From assembly GCF_000711695.1 (NCBI RefSeq), contig NW_013547017.1:248001-312000 (forward strand): DNA of 64,000 bases. The letters are read 5' to 3'. A program made the translations under genes and the position numbers. This DNA comes from Tilletiaria anomala UBC 951. Taxonomy: Eukaryota. The notes below the pieces were generated by a model that ran no database searches, was not told the DNA's origin, and saw nothing but the letters and a program-made list of their open reading frames with translations. Position 1 is the stretch's first letter. Each line of letters opens with the position of its first letter. Shown piece by piece: positions 1-12,309 of the stretch.

Positions 1-283
1 GCTTCTTCTTCGCTGCTTGAAATACGGCTTGTGGACAGCGGGACCTTGTTTCAGCTTCTTCAGCCGCGAATCGCGGGTCTCTACAGCCTAATCTCTTTGC
101 TTGGCGGTTCAGATTCAGAGTTGCAGCGTTGCAGTAGGAAAACGTTCTTTATTTTTGTTTTCTTTAATTTTTGGGGACAAGTCGACAAGGCACGTCCACC
201 GGTCCTGATGCCTTTTAATCGACAATGATTCACAATAACCGGTTGAGAACTGTGTAAGGATGCTATTGCGATCATTATGAACG

Positions 284-2837
284 ATGCAACAGCGAATCAC
301 GTCCGTTTTTGACCCTTGCACCGCAGAGGAACTCGTGCACCTCGCCCGCCCTGATGACGGCGGGCCAGAATCACATTTGACATCCGTCATAGCCTCGCAG
401 GCCATGCTTTACTTTCGCAGCTTTCGACTCGAGGTGTTGAATAACGGCTCCCGTGGCGGATGGCCCTTCCCAATTGATGTTCTCACGTCGATAACCTCAT
501 TGACTGTTGTATCCGGGCGTGCCTAAGTGCTGCGAAAGGTGACATGATGCGGAAAGAGTCGACACCCGCTCAGGCGGAGGCGAACCATTCAAGGGACCGC
601 TCCCATCGTCTAGTCCTCCTCAATCTCCCGAGTTAGTGTACAATCCCACAACGGAGGTAATCAAGTGCAGGGATCCCCTAGAGTTCTAAATCGGTACCCA
701 CATCAGACTGATAACATCGTCCCATTGTCTTAATCCCCTTGGGCACCCTGTGTAGAGACCAGGAATGTGTCGATCAAGTCTATGCACAGCTCTCACCTCA
801 AGCACAAGAACAACGGTCAGATCAAGTTGTACAAGGCTCTGAGATTTGTGAAGTTCCTGGGGGTGCCGACGCTGACGAGATGCTCCGACCAAATCGGCTG
901 CCTCCTAACCTTTGGCTAGCTCGCCTAGCCGTGGCGTTGGAGATCAAGAGTCGGACTAAATCTATCGAACAGGAGTGGCCCAGCAAGGTTCCCACTCGAA
1001 GGGCGAAGGTGAAGCAGCATTCAATCCGCATCCACAAGAGTGATTCTCCACGGAAGAGCTACATCATCTGCAAGAGCAGGAGGTAATCAACAGAGATCGT
1101 GAGCATCGCCAAGAGCCCGGTTCTATCAGGAAGCTGGAGGTCGCCAAAACCCCCACAGCTGCTTTCGAACAGTCCCCTGCGGTAAATGACACTACCAAAA
1201 GCGACAGCAGTAACCTTGCAACTCTCAGCAAAGTTGATGATTCATTGTCATCCCAAGAATGCGATGAAGGCGGCCACAACAGCCACGACGTCCCGGAGAG
1301 CGATGAACAAAGTGGAAGCCGCACGGGCAGTGACAGGGATAGGAAGATTGATAGCAGTAGCATAGGAGATGTTGAAGAGCTTTCTGGAGACAGTTTAGAC
1401 GCGAAGACAAGCTCTCAATGGCTCCGTGTCAGCATAAAGCGCCGAAAGCGATCCTACGGCGGCTCTGAGGACGATCTTGAATCGGAGGCGGCTAGTGACC
1501 CGGACTCGGAAGACGAGACTGAGAAGCTTCCTACACGGTGCCAGCAATCTTTGCCACCGTCAACGCCAACGTATAGCAAATACGCAGGACTTATTGGCGA
1601 CACGTTTCACCTCTATGAGGACGAGCAGGCAAACGGTAAGAAAACAAGCGCTTAGAAGAACGCCTAATACAACGGATGCACGCTGCCACTTTGACTGGAA
1701 TTGCAGCATTCTCGTGTTAGTCCGCCTTGGAACAGAGCGGCGATTGCACGATTCGGTCACACGACGTCAAAGACGTAACTAGAGGTTTTATGCTTCAGGA
1801 TTCGCTACCCTTTCGGACCAGGACGAATGCGAGCAGCTTGGATCTTCTTCACAATTTTAGCCCACTCGTCGCGGCGAGTTGGCTTGCGAGAAGAGGTACA
1901 GGAAACTCTCCACCGGCTCTCGAAGCCTGGATGCTTATGACGGGAAGGGATCTGTCAGAAGCGTATTATGCCATTCTGTGCACACATCCTCACAGCGCCC
2001 TAATCGGCTTGAATATGCAGTGGCGCACAAGGTGAGAGATGGAATGGCGATGCTGGCAGTCGACAACATGGAAGCTCGGAGAGATGGAGGTGGCGTTCGA
2101 TGTATACAAGCGAGAATATGAGGAGAATTGTCACAAGTGCAGAAAACTAGCGAAACTGCTTGCACGAGACCACCTCAATCTGCGGTGTGCATTGACTTTC
2201 GCGTTTAGGGGGAGCCATAGGCCTTACTTCTAACTCTATCGCACATGGCAGCCTATCCCTGCTTGGATTGGCGAGGAGCTAGATGCGGACGATAAAGTAA
2301 GCAACAGGAAAAGGAGAGATGAGAGTGGAGATGCGTCTTTTCGCGACATGCTGCAGCGGACCGTAGAGGACGTCGAGCTTGATGAAGACAACCAACGCTC
2401 AAGTGTTACAAGAGGCAACATAAAAAAGGCCCCCTCGCGCATGCAAAAGCTCGCTGACCAGGCCGCCGAAGCCTGGGAGGAAGTATCGAAGCATAGCCTG
2501 CAATGCGATCATTTCTGTACCGCATCCCTTGTACAATTACATTGTGCAAGCTGTTTCTTTGTAACATGAACAGCTGTCTCGCACACCATCTGCTGTTATG
2601 CGTGCTCTTGGATCATATCTTGTCGCCCGACCACCGCCTGTGCCAAATGCTGGTGGCCTCTTTTTACCTTCGCTTACTCGCCCACCACTGTGCCGACCGC
2701 AAGAAAGACCAATCGCTTTTGCATCAACGTTCAGAAGGGCATATATAGATGCAAGGTGGAAGCAACTATACATGTGGGCTACGGCGATGGAAGAGGATGA
2801 GTTGTTGACGGTGAGAACCCCCGGCGGAACGAGATGA
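284..2837 (+). pseudogene. Degraded hypothetical protein gene, family unknown
   Basis: Protein-like ORF pieces lie on the + strand. One frame runs about 1650-2569 (LEERLIQRMHAATLTGIAAFSC*SALEQ...WRTR*EMEW...RPYF*LYRTWQPIPAW...) broken only by single stops at 1718 (TAG), 2033 (TGA) and 2231 (TAA). There are apparent frameshifts upstream. Boundaries are approximate. Confidence 0.4.
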
Positions 2838-3080
2838 TGGAACGGCACAGCACTCGGCAGCAGTTGAGTGTGCCGACTGCACCAAGCACCTCAGCCCACT
2901 GGTGTTGCCTCATGAGTTCATCAGGCATCGCCCTCCTCTCTTTGATAAATTGATATCTGTCTGAACAGCTCTCAACACCTCCATCCCTTCAAAGACGACT
3001 TTCGCGAAGGGTACGCTTCATTGCGTGCGAATCGACACTGTCTGGAGCTCGCTAGCGCAAGTCAATTGTGCGTGTACGAA

Positions 3081-3742
3081 ATGGAAGCCAAGCACCCGTC
3101 TGCGGAGGAGTACTCCGGTGCGTGGCCATCTGCCTTCTTTTTTCATTAGACCATCGATTGGGACAGGCATGCAGACTAACCTTTGCAATTGTGCTGTTCA
3201 CAGAGATCATCGCGCGGCGCGAGGAGAAGATCAGGGAGGACTGGATCCGAACAATGCAGGCGCGGATAGTCAGAGAGGAGCTGCAAAAGTGCCACAAGGC
3301 CGAAGGTGTCAACCACTACCAGGTCTGCCACGAGCTCGCGCAGACCTACCTGGACTTGCTCAAGGACGCAAAGGTGAGTCGAGCGCCTCTTTTTTCCTGA
3401 AGGGGAGCATCGACATGGATGAAGTAAGAGATACGTATGGAGCGGGGCAAAGTAGCAGCGCTGGAGGCCAGCGCATGGAAGGTTCGTGGGCTAAGGCTAA
3501 CTTTATGCTCAAGGTGGGAAAATGCTGGGCCACAAGCCTGAGCTTTTTCAGCCTGGATGCCTTCGCGATAGACAAGGTCGAAGTCGGTCATTCTTGGAAC
3601 ACCTTCGCTGTCTTTGGGATACATCGGTTACTTCTGCTGCGTCGCCGTTCTGAGAAGGTGTGACCCTGTTAGCCTTAGATTTTCGCTGACCAACAGCCCT
3701 ATCTGTCCACAGGTCAAGGGCTATCGAATCATTGACCAATAA
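3081..3742 (+). CDS. NADH:ubiquinone oxidoreductase 12 kDa subunit (NDUFB10 family)
   Basis: Exons 3081-3117, 3204-3373 and 3713-3742 (GT-AG introns) give MEAKHPSAEEYSEIIARREEKIREDWIRTMQARIVREELQKCHKAEGVNHYQVCHELAQTYLDLLKDAKVKGYRIIDQ, with the typical C-x3-EGVNH-x3-C motif. Confidence 0.85.
3491..3678. mobile_element. Possible MITE-like or structured insertion in intron 2 of the NDUFB10 gene
   Basis: Perfect 11-bp inverted repeat ctaaggctaac (3491) / gttagccttag (3668-3678) inside an unusually long 339-nt intron. It has the same ctaaggc...gccttag ends as the hairpin at 30515. Confidence 0.35.
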
Positions 3743-3841
3743 ACACCACAAATGCAATGCTACTTTTATGAATAGATTTCTATTGCGTGAGGCTAATTGT
3801 CTATTCTACAGGGTGCATGGATATTCATCGGACTGCGAAGC

Positions 3842-6800
3842 TTATCTGGCAGCTCTGCGTAGGGTCAGCCTGCGGTGCGCGCGTTTAAAGAGACACCAGC
3901 GCCATGTGAGGATGATGAGCACGTTCGTGCACATGATGGCGATGACGATGCCGAACCACCAGTGATCCGGTCCAAGCAAATCATTGCCGGGGATTTTGAC
4001 GTTGAAGGAAAAGAGACTAGTGATAAAGACTGAGGTGACGATGGTAAGCGTGATGGTGGCCAGCGTGATGATCTTCCTGTCTGCATGCTGTCTAATCCGT
4101 CTATTGTAGATGGTAAGTGAAGAGAGGTAAGAGTAGTGTAAGTCACCGAGATGGGCCTCGTTGATCTGAAGTTGCGCGAGCAGAGCAATGATGTGGTCGT
4201 GCACGTCGCCCAAATATATAGACACTTCCGTGCGGGCCATGCTGGCGGAACGCAGTTCCGTCAGACGCTTGCGCAGGCCGCGAACCGCATCGTTTTTCGG
4301 AGCCAGCAGCCGCAGCATGCCCGTTGCGATCTTTCGCGTCTGAGTGATCCGCCGCAGGAGGTTGCTCTGCTCAAGCGCAGTCCGGCTCTTGAAGGCTTCA
4401 GGTGTCTCGAGCGCCTTCTTCCCAGTACCATAGCGGACACGATCGAGCAAAGATGCTGAGGTCTCCGTTTTGATCTTGGTCTGGTATTGCTGCTCGATCA
4501 GGACGTTGGGCAGACGCTCAGCTAACCAAAGAGGAAGGTGAATGAAGTTGAGCCAGCGTAACGCGTAACGCAGTTTGGTTCGCCTGGTCTGCAGAACTGT
4601 GAAAGGCAAGTCATCATGGCCGTTGCGAGCGCTGTATGTGATAGCACGGATCTCATCCACAGGGATGTGGTCGGCTCTCATGGTCGGATCGGTCGGATCG
4701 CCAGCTTCTTGCTCAAGGTCGACAAGCTCCGTCTCGACAAATGATAGGAGGGGAAAGAACGCATCGACTACCGAGTCGTACAAGCCATGGGCGATCCAAT
4801 CTGATTGGCGCAAGAGGGTAAGCGTCCTGAGCTATTGCTCATTTTCAAGTTTCGACTCACCGGATGTCAGATCGACCGGCTGAGAAAGGTCTACAAGGCG
4901 CTTCAGGACGTAGTCTGTATGCTTTGAGACATCGTCAAAGTGGAACTGCAGAACCACATTTCCAGTCAGCGGAGGGCTGTTTTTTTCCAAACCCTGATTA
5001 AGGTGACATACCGAAATAACACCATGGGTGAACACAACCAGATACAGATTGACTGCACCCACGCTCACGCCTTCCACACCTTCTTTGCCGTCAAGACCTT
5101 CAATAATGTCAACCCTTGCTTTCTTGCTCTGCGCTGCTGTCGTTTGTAGATCTTTGTGGGAGTCTGCAGTGTGACTGCCAAGCTTTGACAGCACCTTCTC
5201 GGTGTTGCGTTCCTGCATCTCAAATGAATTGACATCGTTGTCCTCTTTGAAAATCATCTTCGGGAGCGTAGCCGACGCAGTTTCATTGATTGTCTCTGCC
5301 GGGTTGGATGCAGTGCCGGAGGTGTAGCGGAAGTAGCGCTCGTCTATCGCGCGGATGACCACGAAGTAGTAGCCCAACTTCTCGAACACATCCACTTTTT
5401 CTCGCGACTCCTGTTGCAAAACGTCTTCCACCGTCAAAGGATGTAAAGGGAACATCTGTAATGCGAAATGTTCTAGTTCACCGCCGGATAGGCCTCTGAT
5501 GAAGCTCGCTCACCTTACTCAGCTCTACCATATCTCGATAAGTCGGAAAGCTAACATCTAACCACCAAGCAGCCCCGCTGTCAGAGGGACCCACTAGAGT
5601 CTGTGGCCAGTCATCCTTAGGCGGAGGCGGAGAAAAGGAGCTTTTGACTGCTCCTACACCCGTTGGTGTCGTTGCTGAAGTATTATGATAGGAAGCATCA
5701 AAGCCATCAGGAGCATGTGCGCGCATCGAGATGTCCGTAATTGTAGAGGCGACAGGATACGGTATTGGAGCATGGATAGTCGAAAGTCCACGCGAGAACT
5801 CAAGTGCGAAGTTGATATGGGGGCTTAGCGGGATGTCGCTCATGTGTTGCCACGCAAGCTCTCGCTCGTCCCGCCCTGCGTCATCGGCAGCATCCTGTGA
5901 AGCTTGTTTGCTGGAGAGGCCTCTATCACGGGTGTGTGACGAAAGATTCTCTAGTGCTGTCTTTTCCAGATCCAATGCTGGAGGCGGCAACGCGAGGTCT
6001 CCGGCTTCTGCATCTAGATCCAAGGCCGGCCGAGTGTCGTTGCTCCTCTTTCGATAGGCGTGACTACGGAAATCGTTACCACTGGTGGCTTCCACTCTCC
6101 TTTCGCTCCTTTCTCCAGCGAGGTCTCCTACTGCAGCATCTTGCTGCCTGCGAGTTGCGCGCAATGCGTACAGCTGCTGCTTGACAGCTAGCAACGAGAT
6201 GGTCTGCAGTACCTTGCTGGCTTCTCCGGTCTCAAAGAATTTTGCAGCAGGGTGAAGGTTTCCGCTGACCGCGCCCACTCCACTCATATGGTGTGTGCGA
6301 TGCGTGTGCCTTCGATTAGCAGAGAGGGCTCTGCCTGCCGCTTGACCTTGGGCCACGGTATTGGGCATGGACAGCGGCTGTCCCGGTAAAGGGATTGGGA
6401 GGGGAACAGGAGTAAACATTGTGTAGCGCGTCACACCCCCAGCAGCCTCTTTAGCGCGTTTTGCTTTGTGCCTGGCATGCTTGCTAGGTTTCGGCGGCAG
6501 GATACCCTGTTCAATGAGCTGCTTCTCACGAGCTTTGGCGCGCTTTGCTGCTTGTTTGCCTGCTTTAATTCCTCGGCGAGCAGAACGCGATGACTGTCCT
6601 CCTCCACCGCGTCGGCGACGCTCAACAAATTCATTCACGATTGGTCCGATGACAGATGTATTGAGGTGCCGCATGGAGACGGGTGAGCCGCCCGGACTGG
6701 CCGATCTGCGACTGCTAGATGCCGCGCGGCTTGCCGCCCTGCGTCGGCTCCTTCTACGATTCTTGCTGCTGCCGTGATGCTGGTGTCGCGAGCGGCCACT

Positions 6801-8558
6801 GCGCGAGGATCTTGCTGAACGACCGGAGACGGAGCTGGTGATCGATTGACCGGACGCCGATCTGCGGGATGAGCTACTCGAAGAAGAGCTGCTGGAAGAG
6901 CTGGAACTAGACGATGAGCTTGAAGAGGAATCGTCTCCGAAGAAAGCCCGTAGCCGAGCTATCGTCAAGCCGTATCCGCCTTCCGAGGAGCTGCTTGAAG
7001 AGCTCGAGCTCGAACCACTATCCGACGAGCTAGAGCTAGAAGAAGAGCTGCTACTGCTACTGGACAATGCGGCAGTAGAGCCAGCTGCCGAACTTCGACT
7101 TCCGCGTCTCGAACCTCCACCACTACTCTTCCCGGATGCCGCCAAGCCTGATGATCCACGTTCTTTTCGTCCCCGTCGTCCTCGATGTCGACGATCTCGC
7201 GCTTCACGCACAAATTCGTCCAATGATCGATACGTATCCCCGGGCACGTATCCCTCTGGCAGGTATCGTCTGCGCACCCTCTTTTGCTCGGGTGCGAAGG
7301 ATAGGTGCAAGCCTGCGGTACGCCGGCGCGCTGGCGCAGGACCCTCTGCAGAGACAGCCTGCTGAGACCTAGTTCCTGCTCCTACTCCCTGTTGCTGGCC
7401 CCCAAGCGCGGCTTTCGGTATCTTGTTACCTTGCTGTACAACCTGTATCAAACGTTCCGCGTTCCTGGCGTCCGGCGCGGGTGGGATCTTTGGAATGTGG
7501 AGCGATTTCATCGTGCCACCTGTTGCAACGGGTATGCTCTCATACGACGCGTTTTTCATCCCCGTTGAAAGCTGGGTGTGTGAATCGGACTGAGACTGGG
7601 ATTGAGAGTGGAATTGCCCACGGCCCTGAGGTCGTGCATTTGATGGGCGAGTTCGAGTTTGCAGAATTGAAGGACCAGGTTCCCTGATTCTTTCACCCCC
7701 TTCCAGTACAGCATGACCCGAAGCACCAAGATCCGCACTGGCGTGCGTTTCGCTCTGCCTTCTTCGCCTGCGCAGCCCGCGTTTCCCAAGCTCACCGATT
7801 TTGACTGGTTGCGATAGCCGTGAAGGCCTTCTTTGCTGCCGCCTCTTTCGACCACTCGGCGAAGGACTGGCTTCACGCTCACCCTCTGATTCGAGTGTGA
7901 CAAGCGAATCCGAGTCTGAAGTATCATCTTCCTCATCCTCGTTGCCTTCATCTTCATCCTCATGGTCATAGCCTTCATCTCTGTCGCTGCATTCAGCTCC
8001 ACGATGGGCTTGCTGATCGCTTCCTTGATCATTGTCAGCGATATTTTCTTCAGCGAGACGATGGTCTTCGCATCCGTCAGGTTCGTCAGACCGTTGCCGT
8101 CGTTGCGTGGATCCTCTCGAACGTACCCCGGCGTTCTGAAGGCCCAGAATGACCAAAGACGAGATCATGGGAATCCAACGTCTGCGTCCTGGTGCATTAC
8201 TTACCTTTTGTCGAGGGTATGGTGAGCTAGCGCCCGCAAGTGGCGACGTAATCCTACTCATGTGTGTGGCTAATCTTGAAGACGGAGAAGAAATTGGCCA
8301 ACGATCCCTCTTTGGAAGCGTTTCAGACGCGAGACCTGAAGCTAAAAGGTCTTCAAGCTCCATAGCTGCAACCTGTTCCGTCACATCAACTTCTCCTTGC
8401 GGTGAATGAGAAGCGGTGCGTCTGCCGCCGTTGTTGCTAGCGAAAGTGATGGTAGCGTTGCTCCTCTCTCGCACCGGAAGCCAGGGTCGGCGAGGGCGCG
8501 AGGGCTCTGCCTCGCCTTCCGGCGTACTATTCACAGGTGGTTCTGTTGATTGTTGCAT
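3842..8558 (-). CDS. CorA-family Mg2+/divalent cation transporter (Alr1/Mnr2-like) with very long disordered N-terminus
   Basis: Motifs WWLDVSFPT, FPLHPLTVEDVLQQESREKVDVF, YYFVVIRA, DWIAHGLYDSVVDAFFP and YLGDVHDHI, then two C-terminal TM helices (SLFSFNVKIPG...WWFGIV). Introns near 5457-5515, 4957-5008 and 4801-4859. Confidence 0.88.
6850..7070 (-). repeat. Poly-serine low-complexity coding tracts within the CorA gene
   Basis: Translation shows long SSSS runs encoded by mixed codons. Confidence 0.8.
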
Positions 8559-9799
8559 TTCGACTTTGCGGGAGAAACTGATGAGTCGTCCACTCTTTAT
8601 GAAAGCCTTGCATAAGGAGACGGCGGCCGTATTGCATTAATCGAAATCGTTTTCGAAAACGCTGCCGTCAATACAGCTCCCTCGCGGTCCATGATGAGGG
8701 AATTACTGATGAGTAGCAGTGCTTAAGAACAATGCCGCAAATGCGAGGATGTACTCCTCTAGCTTCGTGAGATTGGATGGCTGTATTTGGTGATGAAACG
8801 ATGTACTTGGCGGAAAGGTTTCGTTGAATAGAGCACCAGCGCTGCTTCGGCAGAATAGCAAAACGATTCGACAGGTCAAGCAAACCTGAAGCTTTCGTGT
8901 GGCCGACGCACTTGCACCTCTCAGACCTCGGTGCCTCACCCGCGCGCATGGATCATCAAAGGTTTGGAGCAAGCTTCAAGGCAGCACCAACGACGAGCTT
9001 GGTAAAGAAAGGAAAGGTGAAAGCTGTACAACCCGAAAGCGACCGCGGAAAACCCCTTTTTCTTGGAGCTCAAAACTCCCAAGGCACGAGATACTTGCCA
9101 ATGCGCCTTCAAGTTCGGGGGGTTCCAATGTTTCCGGTAATGGGCGTTAATATTATGGAAGTTTATGGTTCTCTCCTGGATCCTGATCGGTACCTGTATC
9201 AGATTCAAGGGAACCCACCCAACCTGTGCCGGCGGTCTGTCATTTTTTGAGGCTTGATGAGAGAGCTGTTCGTTGAATTGTGGTGATTTTGCTTGTTTGT
9301 TTCTCACACTATTTGTTCCTACTCATCACGAACTCGCAGATATGCTAAAGCGCACGTTCTGGCTTTGCCAGTGTCCTTTGCCCGGTCTTGCCTCGGTTTT
9401 TCGGCACTGCAGAGCCTCCTTACCACCAAGGCGTAATCATGGGCCACGGCAGCCTAGTCCTAGGCACACCCACCAGCCTTCGGCGTAGATCACTCGCATC
9501 GTCATCGCGTCCAGAAGCATTCCTACACGCACTGCGGACGCGAAGAAAGTTTGATGCAATTTCAGGCAGGAAAAATTGGCAGAGAAGAGCAGGGGCGCTT
9601 GTGCCGACCGCAAAGCATGATTTCGCCACGCTCTCCTGAACAGTACAAGTTGCTACAAGTCAATTCATAGCAGCTATAGCCTACTTTCGAACAGTTAGTC
9701 AGGCTTGATGTCCTTGTTTCTGCTGGACTGAAATTGCTCTTTCGGGTCGAAATCCTGCTCTTTATCATTGTGCATGTATCCTTATCTTTCTGATCCAAC

Positions 9800-11450
9800 A
9801 GCCGATGGTCCCACTGGCTCGAGGTTGCGCGTTTCGCCTATTCGTTCATCCACCAATCCGCATCTGGGATCTCTCCACGCTGGATAAAGTCCCACATCAG
9901 GTCCCACAATCGAATATTCGGCTGACCAGGTCGGTTCATCTTCAACATTTTGAATGCGTCCACGTGGCGAATGACTTTCGGCCTGGGTCCTCCTTCCCAT
10001 CTCATAGTTCGAATTCCTGCTGAAGCCCGACAGGTATCGGAGAGCCTCGAAACCAGCCGAGAGCTCGAGAGTCCAAGAAAAAACTGCTGGCGGTGACTGC
10101 TAGCCGTGCTTCCTGAATACCCTCTTCGAGCATTGGCACGCCTTGTCGACCGGTTTCAATTGCAGATGCTGATGACTACCACGCTCTCACACCCGTCGTG
10201 TCCGCCTTGTCTCCTAGAGGGGTCCCTGGCTCCCACCATTGTCAATTGCGTTCCGATTCGACGGACACCGCTGCGCCGAGAATACGTGTGAAGGCATGCG
10301 ACATTCGCAACGACACTTTGCAGATGAAGTCGTTCGAGAGGAAGATGTCCAATGTGGGTATGTGCCATTCGTCAAAGCACTGCACGAGCTCGGGGACACC
10401 GCCCAGATAACTGTAGAGTTCGAAACCACGAACTTCAAAGAGATGGAATTGGCGGAAGCGGCAAGCCGCTATGCTCAAGATTGGCTTCACTGGGTTGGTA
10501 TTCCTAGTTACTCACTGCAAGGCGTCCAACCTGGAAACCGGATATCCTGCCCAGTGGATCGTTCCTAGATCCATGTACCCAGCCTGGTCGATCGCATATC
10601 GCCCCTCTAGGCCCTCTTGGACAGTCTTCCCTGGATTCCCAGCAAAGCCAATATATGGCGGGGCGCTGCCGGCTGTGAGCAACCTGTCCACATGTACAGT
10701 AGGATCGTGGCATCGCAACGTGTGCACAAAGATTGGGGCAATGTGTTCTCCGAGCGAATTCGCGGTCAGCATCATCTCCATTCTTCTTCGTTGTCCCTGG
10801 TGATCAGAGATTTATGAAGGTGAAAGCTGACAAAAACGCTTGCGCACGTACACAATTATCGCACCATAGTCTGATTCGGCTACAGATCCATACCAACGCG
10901 GTAGCCGTGCTTGAGCACCTATCGCGCTCGCTCCTTCCGGGAGAGCTCCATGCCGCCGATTTGGCCAGCGCAGTCGTTCACGAAACTACTTCCCTGAAGT
11001 CGCAGGTCAAAGGCATGGCTGGCGAGCCTTTCCATGCCAGCCAGCTGGAACGTGTGGAAGCACAGGACAGACAAGCGATCAGCGACAGAGTTAGCGGGTG
11101 AAATGTATCGCCATTTGCTGGTGCACATATTGCGAAGGCTTGATAGAATTCGGACGGCACACCCGTAGTCTGACCTATGATCAAGGTCGACATTCTTCCG
11201 CTTCCATTTTCATTGTCAACCCCTCCTTCTGTCGACCCAAAAACGGTCGCTGCGAGCGCCCATACGCACCTGAAAGCGGAAACATGAAGAGATCCTCAGA
11301 TCCTCGCGAGGCAAGGCTTCATGTAGCGGCAAAGGCATCCTGTCAGACTTGGCTCGTTGTGAATCAGGTTCTGAAAGGACCGGAGAATGCTGCAGAAGAT
11401 TACGATGGGAGATGTACAGTGCAGTTCGCTGTTGATGACGAATCTGAGCG
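9800..11450 (-). pseudogene. Possible degraded multi-exon gene, family unknown
   Basis: A minus-strand frame (RKNVDLDH...RAR*VLKHGYRVGMDL*PNQTMVR*LC) is followed by gtacgt...ccag intron-like signals and ORF 10512-10781, which ends at a gtgagt donor. No recognisable domain. Confidence 0.25.
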
Positions 11451-12309
11451 GCAGTGAAGGTGGGCAAGGTGGTAATCAAATGCGACTGACGCGAAACCAA
11501 CCTGGCAAGGAACATCACGCGATCACATAAAATCCCGTGTCGATATGGTTGCTGATGACCTTGCTCCGTCCCTTGCAGCAATGTGACATGTCAGGAGTTT
11601 GGGATACAATTATCAAGCTCGCTCGTTGGCAGGCACAAAGTTCGTTCGGATAATTTGGGGAGTTGACAGCCTACTCTCTCTCGTCTCCGGCGCCTGGCGC
11701 ACTTCTTTTTTGACTTATGTGAAGTTTCTACTATTTCCCTGGTCTTTACCTCCGCTACTTCCGACACTAGGCTACTCGGTCGGACGAGATGAGAAAAAAA
11801 TATCAATTACCTAAGATTGATCGAACCGCGGAAAAGGACAAATTTGACAAGGCACTCTTTTGTTAACAGAAAATCAATCTGGAAGTGTTGGACAACACCA
11901 AAAGCGTGTTTTTGCGTACTTGCTTGCTGTGGTGGGGAAAACATCAGATATCAGCGCCTCAGCGCTGAGCCCATAGGTGAACTAAAGGCCAGCAAGCAGC
12001 AACGATAGTGTATGAAAGTACGCGAGATTTCTATCACATGAGCAGGTTGGCCGCCGCCCCACACGGGTCGTTCTCAGTCGCATGAAACACGAATGAAGGA
12101 CATGATCATAATTTTTTCTTTTTGTCCGGACATCTGGAGAGTAAAACCAACTGTCTATTGACTGGGGGGAGAGTTTGTAGCACGACAACCTGATGTTGAC
12201 ACGGTGGCCCCAAAATGCTCGCGGCCATCCATGCGCATGTGTATTCAATAATGTGAGGTGGATTTGACCCCAGCGGATTGCAAAAGTCAGGGCGGGCAAC
12301 CTGACGCAC

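Noticed and set aside
2912..3010. Non-AUG (ACG at 2995) start or GC-AG first intron for the NDUFB10 gene
   Set aside because: ATG 3081 with a canonical intron at 3118-3203 gives a normal N-terminus (MEAKHPSAEEYSE).
3011..3203. Intronic H/ACA snoRNA
   Set aside because: The apparent hairpin is mostly coding exon 1, and there is no proper two-hairpin H/ACA layout.
3505..3530. RNase P RNA (aggtgggaaa resembles CR-I)
   Set aside because: No matching CR-V/P4 partner could be found.
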